Assembly: GCA_965655095.1 (NCBI GenBank)
Contig: OZ296650.1
Span: forward strand, 102,114,001-102,178,000
Source: Haplodiscus bocki
Lineage: Eukaryota
Direction: 5' to 3'
Length of the DNA: 64,000 bases
The stretch's first letter is position 1, and every line of letters begins with the position of its first letter. The notes beneath the pieces are model-generated. The model ran no database searches and was not told where the DNA came from. It saw nothing but the letters and a program-made list of their open reading frames with translations. Positions 62,330 to 64,000 of the stretch are shown here, piece after piece. The position numbers and the translations under genes are program-made.

Positions 62330-64000
62330 ATTTTTCTGTATAAGGCTTTGTATTATTATTTATTAATATGACTTCGTGGATATACCACTGGGCGCACAAC
62401 ATTTGAATGCTGGTGCTAATCCAAGCATTCAAATTCGTAAGTTAGCACGACCGTTTTCGCAAATACAAACAAAAGTCCATGTGCATGGATTCTGCTCATT
62501 CCAATTTCGCTCAAAATAGCTCCACATGTACTGGATTAGTCTGTTCTTCAAGTATTTCTCGTTTAAAAAAGTCCATTCGTTTTTCCATGACATTCACTCT
62601 GAACCCTGTTCTGTACCAGAAACTTAGCCGCTGCACTTCATATCTGATGTCGGGGAGAACTCCTTGCCTGCGACTAGTTCCAGCAAATTGGAGTTCCTGT
62701 GAAAAGTCGACTTTTCCGACTTTGAACTCAGTCAGAGAGCATTTCTCACAATTCAACAGCAGGTCGTTTTGTATACTCCAAAAGTGCAAGTTATTAAAAT
62801 TAATTTTTTAATTTCGTCAAAGTTATGTCGCTCCATTGGAAAATGACTTTGAGATCATCAGCAAAGAGCATTGCAACTGGAGAGTAGACATTGTTGGGCA
62901 AGTCATTTATGTAAATCAAAAAGAGTAAAGGGCAAAAAACGGATTCTTCTGGTACTCCTGATATTATCGCCATACTTTCGGCATTTATTCCGTTTACCTT
63001 TACTTTTTGAACTCTTCCACTCAGATAGTCCCTCACAAGTTCAAATATTCCTTTCGAGATATCCGGCTGCAGACGTTTGGCAAGTAATTGACATTTTTTG
63101 ATTTTGGTGAAAGCTTTCGAAAAATCAAACAAAACAAGTAGGTTGTGAGAAAGAGCAGCTCTAATAATGCTATAGATTTGAGTCAAGCTGTACAGTAACT
63201 GAACAAAAAAAGATCTTCGAGGCCGAAAACCGTATTGGTTATCGCTAATTGTGGTAACAAAACCTTCAGCAATGGCTCGGAAGAAGACTTTCTCAAAAAC
63301 GTTCAAAATTGCCTTATCGAGACTCAGTGGTCTGTATTTTGAAACTTCATTTCAGTCCCCATCTTCAAAAAAATGGGGAAACAATGCCTGTTTTCCCAGC
63401 CGTTGGGAACTTTTGCAGTCATTTAGTTGAAGAGGTTCTTCGGGGATGTCGAAATTACAACCCAAATTTTTTGAGTAATACGGAAGTACCGAGTCATTTC
63501 CTTGGCTTTTGTTTGGGTCTAGCTTCTTCAGATGTCATCCTTCCAGCTTTTCCTTTGTCAACTTCACCTTTTCCGTACAAGCGTTTCTGAGAGGGTTCGA
63601 AGAACGCGTAATATTCGTCGGTAACAACTACGTGCAAAACTCGTTATATATTCTGGCTTTGTGTTCATCAGTAACCGCTTCACCGTTGCTGGCTTCAGAT
63701 TCCATTACAGGTTGTAGGGTGTCTCTTTGAACGCTTCTGAGATACTTGAATTCTTTTCGCTTTTTTCTTGACTCAAAAAGTTCTTTCTCATATTGCTTTC
63801 GGATTTTGTCCTGCATGTATTCAAACATTGCTGTTAGTCTGTTTATTTTTTCAGAAATACTATTGCCTTTTCTCGGAGTCCTTCTGCGCTCTGTGTCCAA
63901 TTGGTTCAGATGATGGAATGTTTTGTTTGATATCCAGGGAGGGTAGCTTCGTCGCATCCTCGTTCTTTTCGAGGTGAATCGATCGATGAGCTGAAAGAGC
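62330..64000 (-). mobile_element. Degenerate CR1/L2 LINE ORF2 (continues beyond the window)
   Basis: QYGFRP, FDFSKAF, GVPEESVFCP, MLFADDLKV, terminal CTWTFVCIC, and a TAA-rich tail near 62350-62370. Confidence 0.85.

Overview
AT-rich, repeat-saturated eukaryotic DNA, probably from an invertebrate animal; the species cannot be determined from the sequence. It is almost entirely nested mobile elements. (1) A decayed Polinton/Maverick, 'Maverick A' (~5808-37877), retains fragments of pPolB, an rve integrase, two penton-like genes and accessory genes. (2) Its pPolB gene is split by a 21,069-bp element (13270-34338) with AGTAGT...ACTACT termini and a perfect 6-bp TSD (TATGTC). This element is almost wholly one giant palindrome with ~7.8-kb arms and a ~440-bp centre, and has no recognisable enzyme genes of its own; it looks like a snap-back, non-autonomous Maverick derivative. 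(3) Two divergent, nearly full-length CR1/L2-type LINEs (20750-25656 + and 38888-43680 -) share an unusual layout: 5' hairpin, stand-alone SGNH esterase ORF ending in a Cys cluster, an array of covarying hairpin repeats with unique spacers, ORF1, then APE-RT ORF2. (4) Also present are an RTE LINE, several degenerate CR1/L2 LINEs, an internally deleted hAT transposon (8-bp TSD) carrying a 67-bp satellite, other satellites, a 150-N gap and one probable host exon (46463-46750, -). All family assignments come from motif recognition by eye; no searches were run.
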